Positions 34,609-43,416 of a stretch of DNA of 64,000 nt are shown piece by piece. The translations under genes were made by a program, and so were the position numbers. Every line of letters starts with the position of its first letter. Positions within the stretch are counted from its first letter, which is position 1. The notes under the pieces were generated by a model. It worked only from the letters and a program-made list of their open reading frames with translations. It was not told the origin of the DNA and searched no databases. Source of the DNA: Acidimicrobiia bacterium (lineage in GTDB: Bacteria; Actinomycetota; Acidimicrobiia; Spongiisociales; UBA5794); contig JAUIIM010000001.1 in assembly GCA_030431785.1 (NCBI GenBank), positions 70,409-134,408 of the forward strand, read 5' to 3'.

Positions 34609-36249
34609 GTGCATATCGACCACATCTCGCGTGAGCAGATTCGTCGCCTTCAAACCCTTTCGCCCTTCGAGCTGAAGGGGACTTTGATCGAGCTCGCTGG
34701 CGAGCGTGAAGCAGCGACCGGGTTCCACATGCTCAACGCTGGACGCGGCAATCCGAACTTCATCGCACCGACCCCACGCGAAGCGTTCTTCCGACTGGGG
34801 TTCTTCGCCCTCGAGGAATCGCGTCGAGACGCCGAGTGGGATCCGGAACTCGTCGGGGTGCCGCAGAAGGATGGAATCGCCGATCGATTCCGGGCATGGC
34901 TCGCAGATCATGACGGTGAGAGCGGTGTCGACCTGCTTCGCAGGACACTCGATTGGGGGGTGGACGAGCTCGGCTTCGATGCGGACGACTTCGTGTGGGA
35001 GTTGGCAGACTCGATCATCGCTGATCACTACCCGATGCCGGACCGGATGCTGAAGTACAACGAGGTGGTGTCGCGCGAGTATCTCATCCAAGAGATGTGT
35101 CAAGGGCAGCGGCCGGCGCACGGCACCTACGATCTCTTCGCCACGGAGGGTGGCACGGCCGCGATGACGTATCTGTTCAACACCCTGAAGGCGAACCGGC
35201 TGATGCATCAGGGGGACAAGGTCGCCATCATGACCCCGATCTTCACTCCCTACCTCGAGATCACGGAACTCGCTGAGTTCGACTTCGAGCAGGTACACAT
35301 CCCTGCCTCGGTAACGACAGAGGACGGACGCCATCTATGGCAGTTTCCCGACGAAGAAATCGACAAGCTCCGAGACCGGTCCGTGAAGCTGCTCTACTGT
35401 GTGAATCCGACGAATCCCCCGTCGGTGAAGATCGCAGACGAAACGCTCGCGCGGATCGCTGACATCGTCACGACCGACAATCCGGATCTGATGATCATCA
35501 CTGACGATGTCTACGGGACCTTCATCGACGGTTTCCGATCCCTGATGGTCGCTTTGCCACACAACACGGCGACCGTGTATTCGTACTCCAAGTACTTCGG
35601 TGCGACGGGGTGGAGATTGGGTGTCATCGCCGTCCACGAGGACAATGTGTTCGACCGCCGTCTCCAGGCACTGTCGGAGGATGACAAGGACACACTGGAC
35701 ATCCGCTACTCATCGCTGACTCTGACCCCGCGCGAGATCAAGTTCATCGACAGGCTCGTCGCCGATTCACGGAATGTCGCCTTGAACCACACAGCGGGTC
35801 TTTCGTTGCCACAGCAATGCCAGATGCTTCTGTTCTCTGCATACTGCGTCCTCGATCGCGACAACCACTACAAGCGAACGGCCGGAGCCTTGATTGCAAA
35901 GCGACTGTCCTCGATGCTGCATAGCGCGCAACTGTCGGTCCCGGAGGATCCGAATCGAGTCGGGTACTACATCGAGTTGGACTTTCTCGTATGGGCGATC
36001 GAGGAGCACGGACCGGAGTTCGCGACGTTCCTCAAGGACAACTATGAGCCGACCGACATCCTGTTCCGTTTGGCGGAGCAGACCGGCGTGGTTCTGCTCA
36101 ACGGCAGTGGATTCGAAGGGCCGGAGTGGTCCATCCGTGCGTCGCTCGCCAATCTGGACGACGCAGACTATGAAGAGATCGGGAAAGCGCTCGTGAAGAT
36201 CGCCAACGAGTACGTCGAAGAGTGGAGATCGGCAGGCGGCACTCGGTGA
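34609..36249 (+). CDS. asdA: Aspartate 4-decarboxylase (bifunctional aspartate aminotransferase / L-aspartate beta-decarboxylase)
   Basis: 546 aa. LNAGRGNPNFIAPTPREAFFRLGFFALEES and SYSKYFGATGWRLGVIA (PLP Lys region) match AsdA-type fold-type I enzymes. Length is typical. Confidence 0.75.
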   Translation: MHIDHISREQIRRLQTLSPFELKGTLIELAGEREAATGFHMLNAGRGNPNFIAPTPREAFFRLGFFALEESRRDAEWDPELVGVPQKDGIADRFRAWLADHDGESGVDLLRRTLDWGVDELGFDADDFVWELADSIIADHYPMPDRMLKYNEVVSREYLIQEMCQGQRPAHGTYDLFATEGGTAAMTYLFNTLKANRLMHQGDKVAIMTPIFTPYLEITELAEFDFEQVHIPASVTTEDGRHLWQFPDEEIDKLRDRSVKLLYCVNPTNPPSVKIADETLARIADIVTTDNPDLMIITDDVYGTFIDGFRSLMVALPHNTATVYSYSKYFGATGWRLGVIAVHEDNVFDRRLQALSEDDKDTLDIRYSSLTLTPREIKFIDRLVADSRNVALNHTAGLSLPQQCQMLLFSAYCVLDRDNHYKRTAGALIAKRLSSMLHSAQLSVPEDPNRVGYYIELDFLVWAIEEHGPEFATFLKDNYEPTDILFRLAEQTGVVLLNGSGFEGPEWSIRASLANLDDADYEEIGKALVKIANEYVEEWRSAGGTR

Positions 36250-36261
36250 CTCGGCGGTACG

Positions 36262-37542
36262 TCAGTCGCCCTGATCGTGCGTCGCCATCGAGACGGCGAC
36301 ATCGCTCGGTTGATTGCGCTTCATCAGGAGATATCGCAGCGCAAAGGCTGTCATCGTGGCGAGGGCGATGGCGCCAAAGATCTCGTACGAGCCGCTGATC
36401 ATCACGGTGACGATCACCGCCATCGACAGCGGTAGCAATGCTGCGGCTGCTCCGACCGCCGCCATCACGGCACCGACGGCCAGCGCGAGGGGGATGTCCG
36501 GAATCGCTAGGTGGACCGCCAGCCCGAAGGATGTACCGACGAAGAACATCGGGAAGATCGGGCCACCGAACATGCCGCTGCCGAGACTCACCCCCAGGGC
36601 CAACGCTTTGAGGATCCCGAGAGCGATCAACGTCGCGATACCGATCGCCTCGAAGTCCTCGAGAACGACAGGAATTGAAGTCTGACCGGAAAAGAGCGTG
36701 AGGGGGAGCGTCCATCCGATGAGTGCCACGCCGATTCCCCCGACGAGTCCCCGCACGATCGGGCGCTCGGTGAGCGGTTCGAAGAGTCGGGTCGTGAGTA
36801 CGAGCAGTTTTCCGACGACCATGGCACCGATCACGCCGACCACGCCGAGGCCGACTGCGGCGAGGAGCATCCACGACTTGAAGTCCGGTTGCTCGAGTGC
36901 GAGAAGCCCGTCGAACGGGGCCCCGACGATCGGCCACATGATCCCGAACGCCACGGCGCCAGCGACCACGCCGGGCACGAGGTGCCGGAAGTAGTAGTCG
37001 GTCGATTGATCGTGTTCCAACTCGTACGCCATGAGTGGGCCACCGATCGGCGTGGAGAGGAGCCCACCAAACGCACCGCTGATACCGACGAACGAGAGCT
37101 GCCTGGTGCGCTCTTCGTCCTTGCCCATACGCTCAGACAGCCACGTTCCGGCGCCCCCTCCGGCGGTTCCCATCGGGGCTTCCGGTCCCACGGATGCCCC
37201 ACCGATCAGCGAAACGATCGCGACGAGCACGACGCTTGGCATGGTGGTCGGTTCTACCCGTCCCTCTTCGAGCTCCTCGATGAATCCGGGGAATCGGGAC
37301 GGCAGGGAGAGCACCTTGTAGAGGATCCCGACGATGAGGCCAGCGGCAATGGGAATCACGAGGACGGGCCATGTCCCTGAGAACCAGTCCGGGTCGGCCC
37401 ACTCGGGCCAGATGGCGTGGGTTCCCTCTTCGATCAGGATCAGGTAGATGGCACCGAATACCCCGGTGAACACGCCGAGTGCGACCGATCGCCACATGAG
37501 CCCGGCGAACGGCAGGGGGGGACTGGCAGGTGATTCGCTCAT
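36262..37542 (-). CDS. ClC-family chloride channel / H+-Cl- antiporter
   Basis: ORF 36262..37608. Start is ATG 37542 (MSESPASPP). GASVGPEAPMGTAGGG, GGLLSTPIGGPLMAYE and GMFGGPIFPMFFVG correspond to ClC selectivity-filter regions. Confidence 0.8.
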   Translation of the reverse strand: MSESPASPPLPFAGLMWRSVALGVFTGVFGAIYLILIEEGTHAIWPEWADPDWFSGTWPVLVIPIAAGLIVGILYKVLSLPSRFPGFIEELEEGRVEPTTMPSVVLVAIVSLIGGASVGPEAPMGTAGGGAGTWLSERMGKDEERTRQLSFVGISGAFGGLLSTPIGGPLMAYELEHDQSTDYYFRHLVPGVVAGAVAFGIMWPIVGAPFDGLLALEQPDFKSWMLLAAVGLGVVGVIGAMVVGKLLVLTTRLFEPLTERPIVRGLVGGIGVALIGWTLPLTLFSGQTSIPVVLEDFEAIGIATLIALGILKALALGVSLGSGMFGGPIFPMFFVGTSFGLAVHLAIPDIPLALAVGAVMAAVGAAAALLPLSMAVIVTVMISGSYEIFGAIALATMTAFALRYLLMKRNQPSDVAVSMATHDQGD

Positions 37543-37622
37543 GGGGAGGCACGATAGCCCGAACGCGGGCACCTGTGGGGCATGGCGTTTGCTGACAGGG
37601 CGATGCACCGTACCCTTCCATC

Positions 37623-38453
37623 ATGGACGAATCCTCAGTGACCCTCGCAGCGACGCCGATCATGCGCGATGTCGTGATCGTCGAGGGAGCTGACGCTCTC
37701 AGCTACCTCCAGACGCAGCTCACCCAGGATGTCGAGCGGCTCCCGCTGGGTGGATCAGCATGGTCGTTCATCCTCGACCCGAAGAGCAGCATCGAGGCAT
37801 TGGTGCGTGCGACGCGATTCGGGACGAACCGGGTATCTCTCGACGTCGACCCGGGATTCGGACATGTCGTACGGGAACGCCTCGATGGCCTGCTGTTCCG
37901 CACGGACGCTCGATTCTCGGAAGACACGTGGCCGGGTGTGTCGTGGCGAGGTCCCGCAGCGGCTTCCCGCAAGCAAGATGCGCCGATCGTGTCGCTCTCC
38001 AAATGGCACGGCGTCGAAGGGATCGACATCGTCGGTCCAGATGTCGCCGTTCCGGCGGGGGCACCGATGCGAACCCACGACGAACTCGAGGCGCTACGGA
38101 TCCGAAGCGGTTGGCCCACGATGGGGTACGAGCTCGGTCCGGGGATCCAGCCTGCGATGACCGGTTTGGTAGGTGTAGCCGTGTCCTTCGAGAAAGGTTG
38201 TTACACCGGACAGGAATTGGTGGCCCGAACGTACCACCGTGGCGCCGCACCGACGAAACGGCTCGTCCGGCTGACGAGCGACGACGCGTTCGAACGCGGG
38301 GTCCGCCTCATGCTGGGTGGTGACGACGTCGGGGAGGTCACTTCAGTGGCCGGGGGCAACGGGCTCGGCTACCTCGCGAGGAAGGTTGAGACCCCGGCAC
38401 AGTTGGGGGCAAACGGTCGCACCGTCACAGCCCATGACATCGCCGACGGTTGA
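37623..38453 (+). CDS. ygfZ: YgfZ/CAF17-type folate-binding protein (GcvT-like fold)
   Basis: 276 aa. SFEKGCYTGQELVARTYHRGAAPTKRLVRL is the KGCYxGQE signature. Confidence 0.75.
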   Translation: MDESSVTLAATPIMRDVVIVEGADALSYLQTQLTQDVERLPLGGSAWSFILDPKSSIEALVRATRFGTNRVSLDVDPGFGHVVRERLDGLLFRTDARFSEDTWPGVSWRGPAAASRKQDAPIVSLSKWHGVEGIDIVGPDVAVPAGAPMRTHDELEALRIRSGWPTMGYELGPGIQPAMTGLVGVAVSFEKGCYTGQELVARTYHRGAAPTKRLVRLTSDDAFERGVRLMLGGDDVGEVTSVAGGNGLGYLARKVETPAQLGANGRTVTAHDIADG

Positions 38454-38479
38454 TCCGGGTCCGAGGGTCCCGCCGCGAA

Positions 38480-38860
38480 CTACTCGACGTGCGGTTTCGT
38501 CACGCAGAACTCGTTGCCTGCAGGATCGCTGAGGACGATCCATCCGTGTCCGTCGAGTTCATGACGGGCGACGATGGCACCCCCGAGTGATTCGACATGG
38601 GATGCGAAAGCCTCGGGATCCGGATGCCCGAGATCGAGATGCAGCCGATTCTTGACGGTCTTGTCCTCGGGAACTCGTTGGAAGGCAAGGCGGATGTGGT
38701 TCATCGGCAGCTTCGTCATGAACACGTAGTCGGGGTACACGAACTCGGGCTCGGATCCGGTGATCTCGCCCCAGAAGGAGGCAAGCGCCTCCGGATCGTG
38801 GCAATCGATCATCACCGCACCGACCCGTGCGACGTTCTCCGGCAGGCCCCAGTCGCTCAC
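38480..38860 (-). CDS. VOC (glyoxalase/bleomycin-resistance) family protein
   Basis: 126 aa. [15 protein letters not shown]...KNRLHLDLG...[10 protein letters not shown] paralog is at 59896..60327. Confidence 0.7.
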   Translation of the reverse strand: MSDWGLPENVARVGAVMIDCHDPEALASFWGEITGSEPEFVYPDYVFMTKLPMNHIRLAFQRVPEDKTVKNRLHLDLGHPDPEAFASHVESLGGAIVARHELDGHGWIVLSDPAGNEFCVTKPHVE

Positions 38861-39462
38861 GGCGAGTCGGAACCGGGATCTGGGGTCTGGGATGTGTGAT
38901 CTCCGAAGTCACTGTGCATCTGCGAGGGCGTGGGACCGGTCTGGCCTTGGTACTTCGAGCCGAGTTCCGGGGATCCGTAAGGGTGCTCGGCCGGTGTGGT
39001 CATCCGGTAGAAGCTGATCTGGCCGATCTTCATGTGCGGGTAGATCGCGATCGGCAGATTGGCGACGTTCGAGAGTTCAAGCGTGACCTGCCCCCGAAAA
39101 CCCGGATCGATGAAGCCAGCCGTCGAGTGGATGAGCAACCCCAAGCGTCCGAGACTCGACTTGCCCTCCAGTCTGGCGACGATGTCGTCAGCAAGCCCGA
39201 CGGTCTCAAGCGTCGAACCCAGGACGAACTCGCCCGGGTGGAGGATGAACGGTTCGTCTTCGGTGACGGTGACACTCGTCGTCAGATCGTGCTGCGGGGC
39301 CTTCGGATCGATGAGCGGGTACTTGTGGTTCTCGAAGACCCGAAAACTCGGATCGCATCGTAGATCCACGCTCGATGGCTGGACCATGGACTCGTCATAG
39401 GGATCGATGACGATGTCGCCGGTCTCTACGGACTCTTTGATGGTGCGGTCGGAGAAGATCAT
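38857..39462 (-). CDS. dcd: dCTP deaminase
   Basis: ORF 38857..39687, trimmed to ATG 39462 ([10 protein letters not shown]...SSVDLRCD...[33 protein letters not shown]). A 4-nt overlap with the VOC start. Confidence 0.88.
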   Translation of the reverse strand: MIFSDRTIKESVETGDIVIDPYDESMVQPSSVDLRCDPSFRVFENHKYPLIDPKAPQHDLTTSVTVTEDEPFILHPGEFVLGSTLETVGLADDIVARLEGKSSLGRLGLLIHSTAGFIDPGFRGQVTLELSNVANLPIAIYPHMKIGQISFYRMTTPAEHPYGSPELGSKYQGQTGPTPSQMHSDFGDHTSQTPDPGSDSP

Positions 39463-39508
39463 CGGCGCCGATGCTAGTGCGCTGCGGTTGCTCGAACCGT
39501 GGGCGACC

Positions 39509-41869
39509 TCACACGGACCGCTCGCGGACGATCTCTCCCACCTTGATCCGTTTGACGGCCCGAAGTGCCGGCAGGAGCGAGAGTCCTGCGACGACGAACA
39601 TCGAGAGTGAGGCGATGACGAAGGTGATCGGTGCCACATCCGCGGTGATCGGCATCTGCTCGTCGGCGAACGATTTGATGAAGGCATTTGCCGCCCACCA
39701 TCCGACGAGCATGCCCGGAAGGATTCCGAGCGCCGTCAGGAGGAATGTCTCACCAGCGATCATGTTTGCGACCCTTCGGTACGACAGGCCGTTTGCGCGC
39801 ATCGATGCGAACTCGCTTGAGCGCTCTGCGACGTTCACCGAGATGATGTTGAAGATGAGCGCGAACGCCAAGGCAGCACCGAAGACGACCATCAAGCCGA
39901 TGAAGGCGTAGAAGAATGCCTGATAGTCGAGGAATGCGTCGCGTAACGCTGTCTCGTTGACGACGGTTGCGACGATGTCGAGATCCTGGATGCGATCCAT
40001 GACGTTCTCAGCGTTGGCCCCTTGGTCGAACCGAGCCTCGGCGGTCGTGTACGCCGGGCTCGTGAGCAGCGCCGGGTCCACGTCGTCGTTGGAGGCGACG
40101 ATCGAGTTGATCAGCGTGTCGAGCTGCATGTAGGCAACTGTCCCGAGTGGCTCGTCGACGAAGCCTTCGATACTCGTCGTGATCTCCGCATCGAGTTGTC
40201 CGAGTACGACCGTCACGTTGTCACCGACCGATACGTCGAGGACGTCACCCATGGCCTGCCCGACGAGGATGCCAGTCCGCGGTAGCGGTTCAGGGAAGCC
40301 GTGCATCGTGGTGTCTGCCTCGTAGCCGGAGATCGTGGTCGAGAACGTCTCCGCACCGTTCTTGATCGATGCCTGAAGCGTCATCACCGCCTCCGCACCA
40401 GCGACATCGTTGACGCCGGCTACTTCTGCGATGGCGTCGGGCGTCACGGGTACGTTGAAGATGGCGGTCGCGTCCGAAAGCGACACCTCATCGAACTGTC
40501 GGTCCACGATCCTCACGATGGTGTCGAGCATCCCGACGGCGGCGATGATGAGGGTCATCGCAAGGACGACACCTATCACTTGCGTCGAGGAGCGCTTCAT
40601 GTTGCGTCCGATACCGCGCAGTGTCATCCGCCAGCGCACCGGCGCACGCCGCAACGGAGGTAGCAGCTTCTCGAAGATCGACTCCTTGCCGGCTTCAGCC
40701 GGGACGTCACCACGCATTGCCTCGGCAGGTTCCATACGCATCACGAGGCGAGCTGGTGCGATCGAAGCAACGATCCCCGCCACAGCTCCGAAGGCCAGTG
40801 CCACCAAGACCGTGGGAAGATGGAAACGGGCGACGAGGTCCGGGATGCTGAATACCTGGGTGTAGAGCGCGGTCATGCCTCGGGCCATCAGCCCACCGAA
40901 CAGGGCGCCGATGGCGGCCCCGATGATCCCGACCAGCATGCCGTAGGACCGATAGTGCGCGGCGAGCTGCTTCTTGCCGAAACCGGATGCGCGGAGCGTC
41001 CCGATCACGCCACGTTGAGAGAAGACGAGGCGGGTCATGATCACGTAGATCGCCATCCCTGCCGCTGAGAGGAAGAGCACCGGGAACGCGACGGCCATCG
41101 ATTGGAGACCGGATATCTCCTCGTTGATTGCACTGTTCGACGGCTGGTCCTCGAGTACCTGCGTCCCGCCGGCGTTGGCAGCTGAGGCCGCGTTCTCGAC
41201 TGCCTCGTCGGTCGCCTCGCGATCGGCGTCCTCGTCGTATTCGACCAGTACCTGGTCGAGAGCGATCGTCGATCCGAGGCCGTCGAGCGTCTCTTCGAGT
41301 GCAAAGACCACGGCGAACGTGTCCGGCGGCGTGAACAGGGACTGCTCGTCGCGTGCTGGCCACAGGTACTCCGGAGAAGTGACGATCCCGACCACGGTCA
41401 CCTCGACATCTGCGATGGTGAACGAGTCCCCGACCCCGAGATCGAAGTTTGCCGCGGCATGCTTCTCGATGAGCACGTCTGTCGGTGCGTCTGGATCGAG
41501 GTAGTCCCCTTCGTCGATGTCGATCTGATCGATCGCAGGTTGACCGTCGCCGGGGAATCCGATGACACGGCCGAGGAGATCGTCGTCGCCGATGACGAAC
41601 GGGACGTCGGCTTGCCGGCGCTCGATGGCGTTGGCGACGCCCTCGACCGATTGGACGCTGTCGACGAAGCCTTCATCGGCGCCGGTGACCACCATGTCGG
41701 CCATGTGTAGCCGGTCGTATGAGGCTTCGAGGGACGTGCCGAGGTTCAGATAGGCGTTGAACGTCCCGGCGAACATCGCAACACCCATCGCGACGGTGAT
41801 GATGACCGCGATGAACTGCCACTTCTGCTGGCCGATGTCCCGCCGTCGCTTGTTCGAGAGCGCCTTCAC
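39509..41869 (-). CDS. FtsX/MacB-type ABC permease (two FtsX modules)
   Basis: 786 aa. N-terminal [36 protein letters not shown] and [11 protein letters not shown] FtsX motifs. Confidence 0.85.
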   Translation of the reverse strand: MKALSNKRRRDIGQQKWQFIAVIITVAMGVAMFAGTFNAYLNLGTSLEASYDRLHMADMVVTGADEGFVDSVQSVEGVANAIERRQADVPFVIGDDDLLGRVIGFPGDGQPAIDQIDIDEGDYLDPDAPTDVLIEKHAAANFDLGVGDSFTIADVEVTVVGIVTSPEYLWPARDEQSLFTPPDTFAVVFALEETLDGLGSTIALDQVLVEYDEDADREATDEAVENAASAANAGGTQVLEDQPSNSAINEEISGLQSMAVAFPVLFLSAAGMAIYVIMTRLVFSQRGVIGTLRASGFGKKQLAAHYRSYGMLVGIIGAAIGALFGGLMARGMTALYTQVFSIPDLVARFHLPTVLVALAFGAVAGIVASIAPARLVMRMEPAEAMRGDVPAEAGKESIFEKLLPPLRRAPVRWRMTLRGIGRNMKRSSTQVIGVVLAMTLIIAAVGMLDTIVRIVDRQFDEVSLSDATAIFNVPVTPDAIAEVAGVNDVAGAEAVMTLQASIKNGAETFSTTISGYEADTTMHGFPEPLPRTGILVGQAMGDVLDVSVGDNVTVVLGQLDAEITTSIEGFVDEPLGTVAYMQLDTLINSIVASNDDVDPALLTSPAYTTAEARFDQGANAENVMDRIQDLDIVATVVNETALRDAFLDYQAFFYAFIGLMVVFGAALAFALIFNIISVNVAERSSEFASMRANGLSYRRVANMIAGETFLLTALGILPGMLVGWWAANAFIKSFADEQMPITADVAPITFVIASLSMFVVAGLSLLPALRAVKRIKVGEIVRERSV

Positions 41870-42579
41870 CAGGCGACGTCCCCGGGGTCTTTCGGGTCGT
41901 CGTTGAGATGCATGCCGAGCACGACGCCGTCCTTGAGTTCGATCACGCGGTTCGCGATCTCTGAGATCTGGGAGTTGTGGGTGACCACGACGATCGTCCG
42001 GTCCCCGCTATCGGTGATCGAACGGAGCAGCCGTAGTACCTGGATACCGGTCTCGGTGTCGAGCGCCCCTGTTGGTTCGTCGCACAACATGAGCGGAGGG
42101 TTCTTGACGAGACCGCGTGCGATCGAAACGCGTTGCTGCTCGCCACCGGACATCTGACCGGGGAAATGGTCCATGCGGTCGCCTAGGCCGACCGATGCAA
42201 GGACTTGCTCGGAACGTTTCCGCACGTCGTCGCCGGTCAGTTCGGCGATCAGGGCGACGTTCTCGTACGCCGTGAGGGATGGCACGAGGTTGTAGAACTG
42301 GAAGACGAATCCGACGGTGTTGAGGCGGTAGTCCGTGCGTCCGTCGTCATCGAGACCGTTGAGCTTGTAGCCGTTCGATTCGACATCGCCCGATGTCGGT
42401 GCCTCGAGTGCCCCGAGCTGGTTGAGGAGTGTGGTCTTGCCGCACCCAGATGGACCCTGGAGGACGACGAACTCGCCGCGGGGTATCTCAAACGTGACAT
42501 CGCTCAGCGCATGTACAGCCGTCTCGCCCTCTCCGTACGTCTTCGTCAGCTCCGTTGCCTTGACGGCCAAGTTGTTCAT
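41866..42579 (-). CDS. ABC ATPase (MacB/LolD type)
   Basis: 237 aa. GPSGCGKTT, MSGGEQQRVSIARGL, LMLCDEPTGALD, VVTHN. A 4-nt overlap with the permease gene. Confidence 0.88.
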   Translation of the reverse strand: MNNLAVKATELTKTYGEGETAVHALSDVTFEIPRGEFVVLQGPSGCGKTTLLNQLGALEAPTSGDVESNGYKLNGLDDDGRTDYRLNTVGFVFQFYNLVPSLTAYENVALIAELTGDDVRKRSEQVLASVGLGDRMDHFPGQMSGGEQQRVSIARGLVKNPPLMLCDEPTGALDTETGIQVLRLLRSITDSGDRTIVVVTHNSQISEIANRVIELKDGVVLGMHLNDDPKDPGDVAW

Positions 42580-42647
42580 TCCGCCTCCATCGGTCCAGCG
42601 AGCCAGCCTAGACGAACGACAGTCGGGTCCACGCCCGCACAGGTGAT

Positions 42648-43313
42648 TCAGCGCTGCGCTGCGAGGCGGGCTTCGAGACCGGCGATGACGATGTCGAACG
42701 TGTAGCGGTACTCATCCACGAAGTCGCACTTCATCATTGCATCGCCGATTCGGGCGACATGGGGGAACTGGGGTGCAACGAGTGCAAACTCCGCCGCAAG
42801 CTGCTCCTCGTCTCGGGTGAATGTTCCGCTGTCACGGCTTGCGACCTGGAACGCATAGCCCATCGTGTGGGAGGCGAGGAGTTGCCAGGCGTGATGCGCT
42901 GCGTCTTCGTCGAACCCCGCCTCGAAGAGGATCCCGACCGTACGATCCATGAACGCCAACGATCCGGGGCCATAGTTGCCTCGGGTCATCAGCAGGGTCA
43001 CGACCCAGGCATGCTGTGCGAACGTGTCCATCGCGGCCCCACCGATCGACCGGATCTGTTCTTGCCACGACCCAGCGGCGTCGGGCATCTCGATATCCAC
43101 AAAGATCGCGTCAATCATGCCGTCGTACAGGTCGTCCTTGTTGTCGACGTGGTTGTACAACGACATCGCCTCCACACCGAGGTGGGCGCCGAGCTTGCGC
43201 ATGGAGAGCGACTCAAGTCCAAACTCGTCGGCGTATGCGACAGCCGCGTCGATGACCCGGTCTCTCGTGAGTGTTGGCCGCTCGGTTGTGGTCATTCCTG
43301 CATCGTAGGTCAT
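42648..43313 (-). CDS. TetR-family transcriptional regulator
   Basis: 221 aa. LTRDRVIDAAVAYADEFGLESLSMRKLGAHLGVEAMSLYNHV is the HTH, followed by a TetR_C-type C-terminal domain. Confidence 0.85.
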   Translation of the reverse strand: MTYDAGMTTTERPTLTRDRVIDAAVAYADEFGLESLSMRKLGAHLGVEAMSLYNHVDNKDDLYDGMIDAIFVDIEMPDAAGSWQEQIRSIGGAAMDTFAQHAWVVTLLMTRGNYGPGSLAFMDRTVGILFEAGFDEDAAHHAWQLLASHTMGYAFQVASRDSGTFTRDEEQLAAEFALVAPQFPHVARIGDAMMKCDFVDEYRYTFDIVIAGLEARLAAQR

Positions 43314-43340
43314 CAGTCCGGCAATTTCCTCTTGACGTAC

Positions 43341-43384
43341 TTACAGCGTATGTACTATGTTTACGCCGTACACATACAGTGTAA
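43341..43384. promoter_or_regulatory. Imperfect inverted repeat (putative TetR operator) overlapping a candidate promoter of the MMPL gene
   Basis: Arms are TTACAGCGTATGTAC (43341-43355) and GTACACATACAGTGTAA (43368-43384). GTAC occurs 5 times within about 80 nt of AT-rich DNA. TTGACG (43332-43337), an 18-nt spacer and TATGTT (43356-43361) look like -35/-10 elements. Confidence 0.45.
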
Positions 43385-43416
43385 GCATACAACGTACATA
43401 TAGGAAGGTACATCTC

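Noticed and set aside
37543-37622. Fluoride (crcB-type) riboswitch upstream of the ClC gene
   Set aside because: The minus-strand leader contains AAACGCC, but I could not build the conserved P1/P2 helices or the GGCUGAUG...CCUAC core. The channel also has ordinary ClC filter motifs rather than clear ClC-F features.
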